Assembly (NCBI GenBank): GCA_042408215.1
Contig: JAYFMW010000008.1
Coordinates: forward strand, 64,001-128,000
Reading direction: 5' to 3'
Source: Microcoleus sp.
GTDB taxonomy: Bacteria > Cyanobacteriota > Cyanobacteriia > Cyanobacteriales > Microcoleaceae
DNA: 64,000 nt
Shown: in pieces, positions 30,028-40,673 of the stretch
Numbering within the stretch: the stretch's first letter is position 1
Layout of the letters: every line of letters starts with the position of its first letter
Program-made: the position numbers and the translations under genes
The notes under the pieces: model-generated
Database searches by the model: none
What the model saw: only the letters and a program-made list of their open reading frames with translations
What the model was told of the DNA's origin: nothing

Positions 30028-31102
30028 ACCGGGTTTCTTTCGGGGTAAAGGCTAAGATTTTATCGATCAAAACTAGAGAAACCCGGTTTCTCATTTCCCC
30101 AGAAACCGACTTCCTTTCAGCATTAAAACTAACATTTATTCGCTTAAAGCTAAAGAAACCCGGTTTCTCGCCCTTCATCCTTTCCTCTAGTTCCAGCTTT
30201 TCTCTATGCGCTACAGACAGCGCCGCCGACTGGGGTTCCCCATCAGCAACAATCTCTATTTCCTCTAACTTCTCATCAGGTTGAGCCTCCACCAAAACAG
30301 GCTCAATCTGCGTAACAGACAGCGCCACCTCTGGTAATTCTATAGCAGCAACAATTTGTACTTCTTCTAACTCCCCAGATAAGATTATCTCGCCCGCAAC
30401 GGGTTCTTTTTGAGCAGTCTTCTTCGACTTCCTTGGTTTTGCAGACTGAGGAGAAACCCTCGACTTAGGATTAGACAAATCAGAGTCAGTCCCATCTTCA
30501 GAGAAATTTTCATTGAACCGCTGACGCAAAATTGCCCGCGCCTGGGAAATCCGCTTGCGGACGTTATCGTAGGAAATATTAAGCTGTTCGGCAATATCTG
30601 GATAAGATAGCCCTGACTCAAAATGGAGAATAAAAGTCTCGCGTAATCTATCTGGCAACTCATCTATTGTGCCACGAAAAAATAATTCGAGTTCGCGCTG
30701 CATAGCAGCGCGAACTGGTGTTTCTTCTTGGCTAATTAATTCGGTTTCGTTTCCTATAGCAATGGTGTCTAAACTGTCAACTCCTAGTGCACCCCTGTTG
30801 CGCTCTCGATGGATATCGGCGCACAGGTTATAAGTCAGTTTGGTTAACCAAGCCTTAAAGTTTTTGATCTCATCGGTACAATCTCTTGCTTTCTCCCAAG
30901 CTTTGAGCATCGCCCGACTGAGGGCATCTTCAGCATCGGTTGGATTGCTCATCCACTTGCGACAGCAACGGTAAAGATAATCTTGATTATCCTGCCATAA
31001 TTTCCAAAAAGCTGAATCTATATCTTGAGTGCCTGAGCAAGGGATTGATGCAGAACTACAACTTAACATCTCTGGAGCCTGAAACTCTAGGTGGACAAAC
31101 AA
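30002..31102 (-). CDS. ECF sigma-70 factor with acidic C-terminal extension
   Basis: DAEDALSRAMLKAW, FKAWL, LPDRLRETF..LSYPDIAEQLNIS..VRKRISQAR. Confidence 0.88.
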   Translation of the reverse strand: MFVHLEFQAPEMLSCSSASIPCSGTQDIDSAFWKLWQDNQDYLYRCCRKWMSNPTDAEDALSRAMLKAWEKARDCTDEIKNFKAWLTKLTYNLCADIHRERNRGALGVDSLDTIAIGNETELISQEETPVRAAMQRELELFFRGTIDELPDRLRETFILHFESGLSYPDIAEQLNISYDNVRKRISQARAILRQRFNENFSEDGTDSDLSNPKSRVSPQSAKPRKSKKTAQKEPVAGEIILSGELEEVQIVAAIELPEVALSVTQIEPVLVEAQPDEKLEEIEIVADGEPQSAALSVAHREKLELEERMKGEKPGFFSFKRINVSFNAERKSVSGEMRNRVSLVLIDKILAFTPKETRFMRGIDSS

Positions 31103-31397
31103 CTTGCGATTAATTGAGGCGGTAATTTACCTAGCCTCGGATGCACCTATCGCCATGTTGACTCACTACTCAGGCTAAAGTAAAGTCGGAAAAGTCGGAT
31201 CTTTAAAGTCGGAAAAGTCGGAAAAGTAGGATCATCGCCGCTAGGAGTGCATAGCTTAGACATCCCTTTGGCAGTTTTAGGACTTACGCCAACGGCTTTT
31301 AAACACTATTGGTAGCGTAAGGTGCACAGTGTGCACCCTACAGATAGAGTTTATGCGTAATTTCTCAATTTAATGTCACCAAGCTAAAATCTGAACT

Positions 31398-32174
31398 TTA
31401 AGATTTAAAATCCTTTGACAGAGGATTTAGCCACAGCAAAATTGTCTGTTTTAATTGATTTAATTCCCGATACACTTCTTGTTTTACCCACTGCCCGATC
31501 GCATCGAAGGGCGTAAAAATTTGACCGACTGGCCAGCCAAAATCTTGACCCAAGGGCGTTTGATGGTTTCCTACCAATGTCTGAACTGTAATCATGTCAG
31601 GAAATTGTGCTTTTAGCAGTTTGGTCAACAGCAGGGTTTGGTCGATGTTGTCGTCCTTAAATTTAATTAAAAGATTGCGCCGAATTGCATAGCTATCTTG
31701 TATGAGGCGATTGGTGTCTTGGGGGGAAGGCGTAAACTCGACGTTAAAGACGGGGGAAATTTGCTCGACGATCGGGATTGCCTCGGATGCCGCATAATTG
31801 TTGAAAGAGATCAGAATATTGCCGGCTCGTTCTACGTCAAATACAGAACCGATCAGGAGGTGCAGTTTACATCCCATGCTATGCCCGATGCCGTAGATGG
31901 GGAGATAGCGATTTCGCAGCACTTTGTTAGCCTGCAAGCGGGAGAGGGCATTTTCAAATTTGTTGAGGACATCGCGGGCGATCGCAATATGATCCAAAGT
32001 ATTGACAAACGGCGTCGCTACAACAACATATCCTTGATTTCCCAAAGCCTCTAATAGCCAGCGATAGGTCAAGTGTGGTGCTGTCGCCACAAATGCACCG
32101 CCGAGAAAATGTACGATCGCGATCGGTCTAGAGGGAATTAATACCCAGTTACCAGAAATTTCTTGCCAGTCCAT
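31398..32174 (-). CDS. DUF1350 alpha/beta hydrolase-like protein
   Basis: HFLGGAFV, GHSMG, FNNY, EFTPSP. Confidence 0.85.
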   Translation of the reverse strand: MDWQEISGNWVLIPSRPIAIVHFLGGAFVATAPHLTYRWLLEALGNQGYVVVATPFVNTLDHIAIARDVLNKFENALSRLQANKVLRNRYLPIYGIGHSMGCKLHLLIGSVFDVERAGNILISFNNYAASEAIPIVEQISPVFNVEFTPSPQDTNRLIQDSYAIRRNLLIKFKDDNIDQTLLLTKLLKAQFPDMITVQTLVGNHQTPLGQDFGWPVGQIFTPFDAIGQWVKQEVYRELNQLKQTILLWLNPLSKDFKS

Positions 32175-32207
32175 GAATTCAATCAACTACGGAGTGTCAA
32201 ACCTTAT

Positions 32208-33756
32208 AAGAAATACCCTGAAAACCCTGTGACTTTAGTCCAGGGATGAAAGGGCGTGGCAGGATTTATCCTGCCTGTTCGTAAGTTTCAATATAACATA
32301 ATGTTTAACCGTCCCCGGACAAATACTTCTAGCAATTGAGATCAAGGTAAAGATTTGTTGAGGATTAATTAACTTGTTAATTCACGATATATACTAAACC
32401 TAGTGTCACAACAACAAAAGCAAATTAATGTACGCAGTGCAAAAAGATGTTTGGCATTTAAAAGGACTCGACAAAACCATTGTCGAACAACTACTAAGAT
32501 GGTCAAATAATCTGTTTAATGTCGGAACTTACGAAAGTCGGCAACGATACTTTAAGAACCAAATCGCAGTTAAATATCCAGATTTGTATAAAATAGCCAA
32601 AACCAACGAAAATTATGGGTTACTATACTCTCAAGTTGCCCAACAATCTCTTAAATCTGTCGCAGAATCTTTTACTTCTTTCCGAGCCTTAGAGAAGTTG
32701 GCAAATCAAGGAGAAATCCATCAAAAACCGAGACTACCAAGGTACAGAACAAAAGGGGGAATGTACCCCGTTTCATATCCCGGTCAAGCCTTAAAGGTGA
32801 TTGGAAATAAAGTCAGATTACCCCTGGGGAAAAAAGGAAAAGAATACTTTGGGAAAGATGCGATTTGGGTTCCACTACCTGAACGTATCAAGAATTGCCA
32901 GATCAAAGAACTCAGGTTAATCCCTAGAAATGGTGAGGTCTGGGTCGAATATGTCCACGAATCTCTGACTGAGCAAGCTCCTAGTTGTAGCCTGGAAGTA
33001 ACAGGGGTTTTGGGAATAGATCATGGCATCAATAACTGGTTAACTTGTGTCTCTAGCAATGGTAAACCTTTCATCATTGATGGACATAGACTCAAGTCTT
33101 GGAACCAATGGTTTAACAAAGAAAAAGCGAGAGTTCAATCAGAACACGCAATACATAAATTACCCAAAGGTTTTTCGTCAAAAAGATTACAACAGTTGTC
33201 GGAAATTCGCACTAGAAGGATGAGAGATGCTGTCAACAAAGCAGTTAGAACCATCGTAGATTATTGCGAAAATCACCAAATCAATGTCTTAGTCTTTGGC
33301 TGGAACAAGGCACAGAAGCAAGAGGTTAATATGGGGGTCGTAACTAATCAGAATTTTGTCCAAATACCCACAGCTAAAGTCAAAGATAGACTCCAGCAAG
33401 AATGCGACTTAAGAGGGTGGCGATTTGTTGAACAAGATGAATCTTACACATCAAAAGCAAGTTTTTTAGACCGAGACATTTTGCCAGTAAAAGTCGGTGA
33501 AAAACCTGACAATTGGCAACCATCGGGTAAAAGAATCAAAAGAGGATTGTACTGTTCTAGCGCTGGGTTGTTAATCAATGCAGACGTTAACGGTGCAGCT
33601 AATATCATTAGAAAGTCAAAAGTAGCCATAGACTCAATTCTTGAGCGAGTGGGTAGTGGGTTGCTGACTAATCCTTTAAGAATTAAACTTTGGGCGGATT
33701 CATCCCCCAAAGTTTGTCCTTAAGAATCCCCGTGTCTTTAGACCGGGGAGTGTCAA
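32208..33756 (+). mobile_element. IS200/IS605 tnpB-only element
   Basis: TTAT before left hairpin CCCTGTGACTTTAGTCCAGGG; right end ATCCCCG..CGGGGAGTGTCAA. Confidence 0.88.
32428..33723 (+). CDS. tnpB: TnpB RNA-guided nuclease family, uninterrupted ORF
   Basis: GIDHG, QNFVQIP, ESYTSKAS, NADVNGAANI. Confidence 0.93.
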   Translation: MYAVQKDVWHLKGLDKTIVEQLLRWSNNLFNVGTYESRQRYFKNQIAVKYPDLYKIAKTNENYGLLYSQVAQQSLKSVAESFTSFRALEKLANQGEIHQKPRLPRYRTKGGMYPVSYPGQALKVIGNKVRLPLGKKGKEYFGKDAIWVPLPERIKNCQIKELRLIPRNGEVWVEYVHESLTEQAPSCSLEVTGVLGIDHGINNWLTCVSSNGKPFIIDGHRLKSWNQWFNKEKARVQSEHAIHKLPKGFSSKRLQQLSEIRTRRMRDAVNKAVRTIVDYCENHQINVLVFGWNKAQKQEVNMGVVTNQNFVQIPTAKVKDRLQQECDLRGWRFVEQDESYTSKASFLDRDILPVKVGEKPDNWQPSGKRIKRGLYCSSAGLLINADVNGAANIIRKSKVAIDSILERVGSGLLTNPLRIKLWADSSPKVCP

Positions 33757-33843
33757 TACTGTAACTGTTTTAGCAACAAATAGTACAACCAGCGCGCTCT
33801 GCTGTTTTGGTTTTCTAGAGTTGAAGGTGGAACGGTTTTCAAT

Positions 33844-34818
33844 TCAGCCTTCAGCCTTCGGATCACTCAACTGCTCATGATACTTGATCCATTTGAACTT
33901 ATTCAAAGTAGCTTGAGGATCGAGCACTGTAGTAGCAATCCCGTAAACAATAGTCGGCAAAAACTCCCGGTTTAACCAACTTTGTCCAACCTTTCTCATG
34001 TAGTGCTGTGACAAAACTTCTCGGAGTTTGTTAAGCCTTTTCAAAAGAGGCAAATTATTAAAGCATACCTGCTCGTACTCATTCAAAGATAACTCTGGTT
34101 CTCCCCGCAAGCGCCGCCGTTGATTTTCCTTGACACAATCGGAAGCTATGCGTTTTTTCAGCCAGTGCTGATCTGTGAGAGAGTTCCCCCTAATCCGATA
34201 ATTTCCCAAGGGCTGTGTCGCCGCCAGCAAACCGTACTTTTGAGCGATTCTGGTAAATAACTCTGTATCTTCCCCTACCAGCCAATCTTCAGCAAAGCCA
34301 CCTTCTTTGACGAGAATTGTGCGATCGACTACAACAGAAGACGGGAACACCCAAGGACTTTCCCCTGTCACCTTAATCGCCTGCATTTGGGCTTTAGTTG
34401 TAGGATATGTGGGAATATAACTCAACTTTTTCCCCTGCTTGTCCAAATAGCGCAAAGCGTGAGCAACAGCTTTGACTTCGGGATTTTCTGCGAGCATCTG
34501 CAAACAAAATTCCAGCTTGTTTGGTTCCCAAGTATCGTCACTGTCGAGAAACGCTACATACTCACCTGTTGCCCGATCGATCGTTAAATTTCTAGACTTA
34601 GAAACCCCATAATTTTGGGGATTTCTAAAGAATTGAATTCGCGGATCTGACTCGGCAAGTTTAGCAGCAACTTTGCTAGTATCATCAGTAGAGCAGTCAT
34701 CAACAATTAAGATTTCTAGATGCTGGTAGCTGCCATTGACTACGGAGGAAACTGCCTCAGCCAGGGTTTTGGCTGCATTGAATGCAGGAATGATGACACT
34801 GACTTTTTCGCTGTTCAT
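33844..34818 (-). CDS. Glycosyltransferase family 2
   Basis: SVIIPAFN, VDDCSTD, FLDSDD, GED. Confidence 0.93.
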   Translation of the reverse strand: MNSEKVSVIIPAFNAAKTLAEAVSSVVNGSYQHLEILIVDDCSTDDTSKVAAKLAESDPRIQFFRNPQNYGVSKSRNLTIDRATGEYVAFLDSDDTWEPNKLEFCLQMLAENPEVKAVAHALRYLDKQGKKLSYIPTYPTTKAQMQAIKVTGESPWVFPSSVVVDRTILVKEGGFAEDWLVGEDTELFTRIAQKYGLLAATQPLGNYRIRGNSLTDQHWLKKRIASDCVKENQRRRLRGEPELSLNEYEQVCFNNLPLLKRLNKLREVLSQHYMRKVGQSWLNREFLPTIVYGIATTVLDPQATLNKFKWIKYHEQLSDPKAEG

Positions 34819-34982
34819 AAATTGACTCTAGGTAGGATTTGGTAATTGTTTACAGAAGTATGAGCTTCGACAAATAAGCTGTTGTGGCGATCGATATTTT
34901 TGGGAATCAAAATTATATTTCTATCTTTAGGAAGATGTCATTCAATTTATACTGTAACAATCCCTCGACTATTCTGTAAACA

Positions 34983-36736
34983 ATGTTTTCAAGATTATCT
35001 AAAAAAGTACCAATTTATACTTTATTTCTAACATTCATGCTATTTGGTTGCCAGCAGCGGCTACAGCTACAGCTACAGCAACAACCAAACTTGCAGCAAC
35101 AGCGCAGCAAACAGGGCATGGCAGTGTCCGCTCACCCGCTGGCGAGCGATGCGGGGCTAAGAGTGCTGCAACAGGGAGGTAATGCAGTGGATGCCGCTGT
35201 GGCTACGGCTTTGGCGATTTCGGTGGTGGAGCCTTTTTCGGCGGGTATTGGCGGTGGGGGTTTTTTGCTGTTGCGGCGGGCCCAAACGGGTACTGTGCAA
35301 GCGCTGGATTTCCGGGAACGGGCACCCAAACGGGCGACGCGGGATATGTATCTGGACAAGCAAGGTAAAGTGCGCCAGAGGGCAAGTCTAGACGGGCATT
35401 TGGCCGCTGGTATTCCGGGTACTGTGGCGGGACTTTATACGGTGCACCGGGAGTATGGCAAGTTGCCTTGGGCTACTGTGGTGGCTCCGGCGATCGCCCT
35501 GGCTGAATTGTTTTTTTTTGGGGCTTTCCGGTGAGTTCGCGGTTTACCAAGGCTGTTGAGGGGCGACTGGATGTGATTAAAAAGAATCCGGCGGCGCGGG
35601 CAGTTTTTACCCGCAGTGGCGTTTTGTACAAACCAGGGGAACTGCTGGTGCAGCGGGATTTGGGGCGGACTTTACGTAAGATTGCCGTTGACCCGCAAAG
35701 TTTTTATACCGGGGATCTTGCTAGGGCGATCGCCTCTGACATGGCTAAAAACGGCGGCCTGATTACTCTCGAAGACCTCAAACACTATACACCGATTTGG
35801 CGAAATCCGGTTTGCGACAACTTCCGCACTTACCAAATTTGCGCGATGTCGCCTCCTTCTTCCGGTGGCGTTCATTTGCTGCAAATCTTAAATCTGATTG
35901 GCGATACGGATTTAAAGATGTTGGGCCCTAAAAGTCCAGACACCTTGCATTTACTGGCAGAAAGTATGCGGATTGCTTATGCCGATCGATCTGAGCATTT
36001 GGGCGATCCAGATTTTGTCAATGTGCCCGTCAAAGCTCTGACTAGCCGTAGCTATGCCAAATTGAGGCGATCGCAAATCCAGATGTCGAAAGCCAAACCT
36101 TCCAGCGAGGTAAAGGCTGTTGACGCTCAAACTTTGAGTCGATTTGTGCACGAGTCGCCTGAAACTACGCATCTGACGGTAGTTGACAAAGAGCGCAATG
36201 TTGTGAGTTTGACGTTTACGGTGAATGGCGTTTTTGGGGCTGGGGCTGTGGCGGCGGGTACGGGAATTTTGCTCAACAATGAGATGGACGATTTCGCGGC
36301 GGCTGCGGGAGTGCCGAATTTGTTTGGTTTAGTGGGCGACGAAGCAAATTCGATCGCCCCTGGGAAGACTCCTTTATCCAGCATGACGCCGGTAATTGTG
36401 ACGGAAAATGGCAAATTTCGCCTCGCTGCGGGCTCTCCCGGAGGCAGTAGGATTATTACGACGGTGCTGCAAATTGTGTTGAATGTGTTGGTTGACGACA
36501 TGAATGTCGGTGAGGCTGTATCCGCACCCCGGATTCACCATCAGTGGCTGCCCGATCGCCTGATGGTGGAACGGGGAGGTTTTGAGGCTGCGACGCTTTC
36601 GGAGTTGCGGCGGCGGGGACACCAGATTCAGGAAGGCGAGGGTTGGGGAAATGCGAATGCGATCGTCCTCACCTCTGATGGTTGGTTGGAGGGGGCAGCC
36701 GATCGGCGCGGGGAAGGGGCGGCCAGGGGGTTTTAG
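34983..36736 (+). pseudogene. ggt: Gamma-glutamyltransferase split by a frameshift at a T9 tract (35511-35519)
   Basis: GGNAVDAA..GIGGGGF in 5' ORF; ETTH, LNNEMDDF, PLSSM, GSPGG in 3' ORF. Confidence 0.9.
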
Positions 36737-36880
36737 GAAGAGGGAAGAAGGAAGAAGGAAGAGGGAAGAAGGAAGAGGGAATATTAACGCCCAAGGCCCA
36801 AGGCCCAAGGCCCAAGGCCCAAGGCCCAAGGCCCAATTACCAATTACCAATTACCAATTACTAACTACCAAGAATTACTG
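36736..36880. repeat. Heptamer tandem repeats (GGAAGAG/A, GCCCAAG x6, CAATTAC)
   Basis: Directly visible. Confidence 0.9.
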
Positions 36881-36974
36881 AACACAAATTAATATTAATC
36901 TCCGTATAAACACGGAGTTATAAATTCTTGGTAAAGGACTATACTTTACCAGTATATAATGTAATCATAATAGT

Positions 36975-37886
36975 ATGGATTTAATTCAAAGCTATGATTT
37001 TAGCAATAAAAATATGCTCATACCTCATAGAATTGCTGCCTTAACTGCTACATTCACCGCTGCTGCTTTCAGCTTGTTGACCGCACCCGCAATGGCATTT
37101 TCTGTAGGTGCAACCAATAACACTGAGACTTTAAAAAACCAGTTGTTGGGAACTAATACAGTGGGATTGAGTAATTTTTCGGTTTCAGTTACTGGAAATA
37201 GTGCTGCTTTTGGTACTTTTACTAATGACCCCTTCGGTTTGCAGTCAGGTGTTGTTCTCAGCACTGGCAGAGTCACCGATATACCGGGCAGGAATCTCAA
37301 AGATAACTTAATGATCGACGGCACTGATTTAAACACTGACTTGGGGGCCAGGGGCGAAGCTGGCGATTTGACTCAGCTAGACCTCAGATTTTTTGTTGAC
37401 TCTAGGGCTGACAAGTTGTTCTTTGAATATGTATTTGGTTCCGAGGAGTTTCCTGAGTTCGGCGGTTCTGAATTTAATGACAGTTTTGAACTGTTGCTGA
37501 ATGGCAAGAATTTGGCCAAGTTGAGCGACGGCCAAGCAGTTACGATTAATAATCTTGTTCCCGATCCAAATAATCGCTCTACAGATAACCCGGACTATAT
37601 CAACAACCCAAGCCTGACTGGTCTTGCTGCTAATATTATTAAGCTGGACGGTTTTACTAAAGTTTTAGGTTTTGAGGGTTTGCTCAAGCAAAATCAGACG
37701 AATGTTCTCAGCATCCGCATTAAAGATGTGGGGGATGGCAATTTAGATTCTGCTGTGTTTATTAAAGGCGGTTCTCTGGGAACCAAAAAAGCCGAGGCGG
37801 TTCCCGAACCGATGACTTTGGGGGGTTTGATGGCGGGGGGTGCTATGCTGGCCGCAGCGCGAAAATTGCGAGGCGCAAGGAATTAA
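36975..37886 (+). CDS. PEP-CTERM exported protein with choice-of-anchor L-like domain
   Basis: Signal peptide, GVVLSTG, YVFGSEE, DSAVFI, VPEP + TM + basic tail. Confidence 0.85.
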   Translation: MDLIQSYDFSNKNMLIPHRIAALTATFTAAAFSLLTAPAMAFSVGATNNTETLKNQLLGTNTVGLSNFSVSVTGNSAAFGTFTNDPFGLQSGVVLSTGRVTDIPGRNLKDNLMIDGTDLNTDLGARGEAGDLTQLDLRFFVDSRADKLFFEYVFGSEEFPEFGGSEFNDSFELLLNGKNLAKLSDGQAVTINNLVPDPNNRSTDNPDYINNPSLTGLAANIIKLDGFTKVLGFEGLLKQNQTNVLSIRIKDVGDGNLDSAVFIKGGSLGTKKAEAVPEPMTLGGLMAGGAMLAAARKLRGARN

Positions 37887-38143
37887 AATAGGACTGACGC
37901 ATTAATCATATAATTCTGTCCTTTGATTGCAGCAAATGTTCTTGGTAAAACCCGCTCCTACAGCAACTGACTTATGACCGAAAGCAATTTAGTCTCTTGC
38001 CCCCGGAGGTCAGCCGTGGAGACACATAAAAGCTCCGCATCCTGACTACCAGCGAACGGATTCATCTTTGGGCTAAATCTAAAATCTAACATCTAACATC
38101 TAAAATTTAAAATTTAAAATTGAAAATCGGATGACTAAATCGT

Positions 38144-39175
38144 TTAGCTGTGAACAGTACCATCGGGTAAGATTGTTCCCGATAATCTAGCTCCCGTCAA
38201 TTTTACCATCACCCGATCGCCATAACCGATTTTCGCTCCTGTTAAATCCGCACCACTCAAGTCCGTGCCGCTCAAATCGGCTCCGATTAAGTTAGTTTCT
38301 CTCAAGTTGGCATTGATCAAACAAGCTCCTAACAGGTTAGCTCTGAATAAGTTTGCTTTGTGCAAATTCGCCCCTGTGAGGTTCACGTTGTGCAGAAAAG
38401 TATCACTTAAGTCAGCTTGACTCAGGTTCGCATTGCTCAAGTTTCTGCCAGAAAAATCCTTTTCTTTTAAGGAAGCTCCTTGGAAGTTGGAACCGCTCAA
38501 ATCGGGATTTTGTTGGGGGCCTGGGCGGTAAGATGAGGATGGCGTTGACGATTGGTAGCGGGACGCATCTGAATAGGGCCCCGCAGGATTAGCAGATTTT
38601 CCCCCATAATTTCCTGAATGGGGCTCAGAAGAGTAGCGCGGTTCTTTTGGGGTTGCCGGCGGCTGAGTATTTCTGTACTGAGTATTTCTGTACTGAGTGT
38701 TTTGGTGCTGAGTATTTTGGTGCTGAGTATTTTGATACTGAGTATTTTGGTGCTGAGTGTTTTGGTGCTGAGTGTTTTGATACTGAGTATTTTGGTGCTG
38801 AGTATTTTGATACTGAGTATTTTGATACTGAGTATTTTGATACTGAGTGTTTTGGTGCTGAGTATTTTGATACTGAGTATTTTGATACTGAGTGTTTTGG
38901 TGCTGGGTGTTTTGGTGCTGGGTGTTTTTGCGATCGGTGTTTTTGCGATCGGTGTTTTGGTGCTGAGCTCTCGGCTGAATCGATCGCAATTGTTCGCGGG
39001 CTTGATTAATTTCCTTAATCTTTTCTTCAGCTTTTTGGTGCAGTCTGGGCCTGTCTTTGGGGATGCGATCGGGGTGCCAAATGAACGCTAAATCTTTGTA
39101 GGCTTGGCTAATTTCTTCTGGGGAAGCTCCAGGCAGCAGTCCCAGCACCTTATAGTATTGGTCGAGGTCGTTCAT
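38144..39175 (-). CDS. DnaJ domain + Q/N-rich repeat + pentapeptide repeat protein
   Basis: WHPD J-domain; A(N/D)L pentapeptides at the C-terminus. Confidence 0.9.
   Translation of the reverse strand: MNDLDQYYKVLGLLPGASPEEISQAYKDLAFIWHPDRIPKDRPRLHQKAEEKIKEINQAREQLRSIQPRAQHQNTDRKNTDRKNTQHQNTQHQNTQYQNTQYQNTQHQNTQYQNTQYQNTQYQNTQHQNTQYQNTQHQNTQHQNTQYQNTQHQNTQHQNTQYRNTQYRNTQPPATPKEPRYSSEPHSGNYGGKSANPAGPYSDASRYQSSTPSSSYRPGPQQNPDLSGSNFQGASLKEKDFSGRNLSNANLSQADLSDTFLHNVNLTGANLHKANLFRANLLGACLINANLRETNLIGADLSGTDLSGADLTGAKIGYGDRVMVKLTGARLSGTILPDGTVHS
38666..38965 (-). repeat. 20 x 15-bp coding repeat (QHQNT/QYQNT)
   Basis: Counted from the translation. Confidence 0.92.
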
Positions 39176-39296
39176 ATTACCACCTTTCGCTTTCAGAAAT
39201 TAGGGATTAAAAATTAAGATCGGAGTGAAGGCAGCTCTAAAAGCTAGCTTCCCCGATCGTACATTGATTAAACAAAAAGATTGAACATTAACTCAG

Positions 39297-40145
39297 TTAT
39301 GCCGCTGCTGGCAAAAAATCCCGGATTCGCTGCAAATACGTTGCGGCATCCTCCAGCATCGGAAAATGAGATGTATTTGGGATTATAACAAATTCTACTT
39401 TGTTGCTGAGGGATGCCGCCTGTTTACCCATGATTGCGGGGATAATTTGATCGAATTCTCCGGCGACGAGCAGCGTGGGAACACTCAGTCGGGCAAATTC
39501 TTGGGGCATTTCCTCCGCAGCTTTTTTGCTGACTGCTGTCACCATTGTACCTATAGCCGCAGCCTCGTCTGCCATTAAGAAATCCTTTAGAAATGCCAAA
39601 CTGACCTCTGTGGGCAGAGATCGGTGCAAAAACCGTGCCATAAATATGCGATCGGCAAAAGGAATAGAAGCCAACCAAGGCGGCCGAAATTTGACCACAT
39701 AGCCGCCGAATTTGTGAAAAGTTGTAAAGGCTTTTTCATCATATTCAAAAATGCCGCTGCAAGTGAGAATTGCTTTTTCTACTTTTTCGGGATAAAGATT
39801 GAGAAATAAAGTAGCAATTGATGCACCTGTGGAGTGAGCATTAATGTAGACACGACTTAAATTCAAAGCTGCCAATAATTCCGCTAAGTCGTGGGCGTAG
39901 GTTTCGAGTTCGTAGCTTGACTCAGGAGGCTGTTTTGGCAGTGGAGAACGTCCAAAACCTCTCATGTCGTAAAGCAAGCAGTCAAAGTCACCAGCGATCG
40001 CCTGTGCGGTGCTTTCCCAGTAGCGGGCTGAGCCAGCCCATCCGTGCAGGAATACCATCACAGGTTTGCCGGTGGGTTGGGCGCTTGCGTCTGCTGTTAT
40101 CCACTCGTAATAATGTTCTACACCGTGAATTGAAATGAAAGACAT
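39297..40145 (-). CDS. Alpha/beta hydrolase
   Basis: FLHGW, DMRGFGRS, AHSTG, HFPMLE. Confidence 0.92.
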   Translation of the reverse strand: MSFISIHGVEHYYEWITADASAQPTGKPVMVFLHGWAGSARYWESTAQAIAGDFDCLLYDMRGFGRSPLPKQPPESSYELETYAHDLAELLAALNLSRVYINAHSTGASIATLFLNLYPEKVEKAILTCSGIFEYDEKAFTTFHKFGGYVVKFRPPWLASIPFADRIFMARFLHRSLPTEVSLAFLKDFLMADEAAAIGTMVTAVSKKAAEEMPQEFARLSVPTLLVAGEFDQIIPAIMGKQAASLSNKVEFVIIPNTSHFPMLEDAATYLQRIRDFLPAAA

Positions 40146-40189
40146 AGTTAAGTAGTTTTGAGTTTTGAATTATGATTTTACATCATATG

Positions 40190-40279
40190 TTTCGGAATGA
40201 TTTAACCGCAGAGGGCGCAGAGGGCGCAGAGAAAGAGAAAAGAGAGATGAATACAGGACGATACCAACGGATTTGATAT
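40190..40279 (+). mobile_element. MITE-like repeat copy
   Basis: Matches the 12380 copy. Confidence 0.75.
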
Positions 40280-40304
40280 CATATGTAGTCCAGGACGCAT
40301 TAAC

Positions 40305-40472
40305 ATTGAAATTGAGGGACGTAGGACTACCGAGGATGCTCTGGTGACAGGTGATGAGGTATTAATTGGTCAGGTGGTTTTGGAGAAGTTAGATTTGCTT
40401 GTGGACTGTAGAAATCAGCGCTTAATCGGGAATCCCACTAATCCTAATTATCCTGTGACTTATATCAAGTAG
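40305..40472 (+). pseudogene. Clan AA aspartic protease C-terminal fragment
   Basis: IEGRRTTEDALVTGDEVLIGQVVLEKLDLLVDCRNQRLIGNP. Confidence 0.65.
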
Positions 40473-40477
40473 GACTT

Positions 40478-40573
40478 ATATCAAATCCGTTGACATCCGA
40501 ATTATTCATCTCTCTCTTCTCGAACTCTGCGTCCTCTGTGTCCTCTGTGGTTTAATCATTCCGATCCAACCGG
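40478..40573 (-). mobile_element. MITE-like repeat copy, inverted
   Basis: Approximate reverse complement of the 12380/40190 copies. Confidence 0.75.
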
Positions 40574-40673
40574 ACTACAGAATAAAAACTATATCTATCA
40601 AAAAATCTGCGTTAATCTGCGTCAATCCACATCTGCGGTCAAAAATCACCAACATAGAAACCAACGAGAAACC

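Noticed and set aside
36931..36944. GTA-N8-TAC NtcA-like site upstream of the PEP-CTERM gene
   Set aside because: Minimal match only, without a well-placed TAN3T box; likely chance in AT-rich DNA
38618..39091. Plus-strand ORFs with LSILV/EYFDT repeats
   Set aside because: Antisense shadows of the 15-bp repeat in the DnaJ gene
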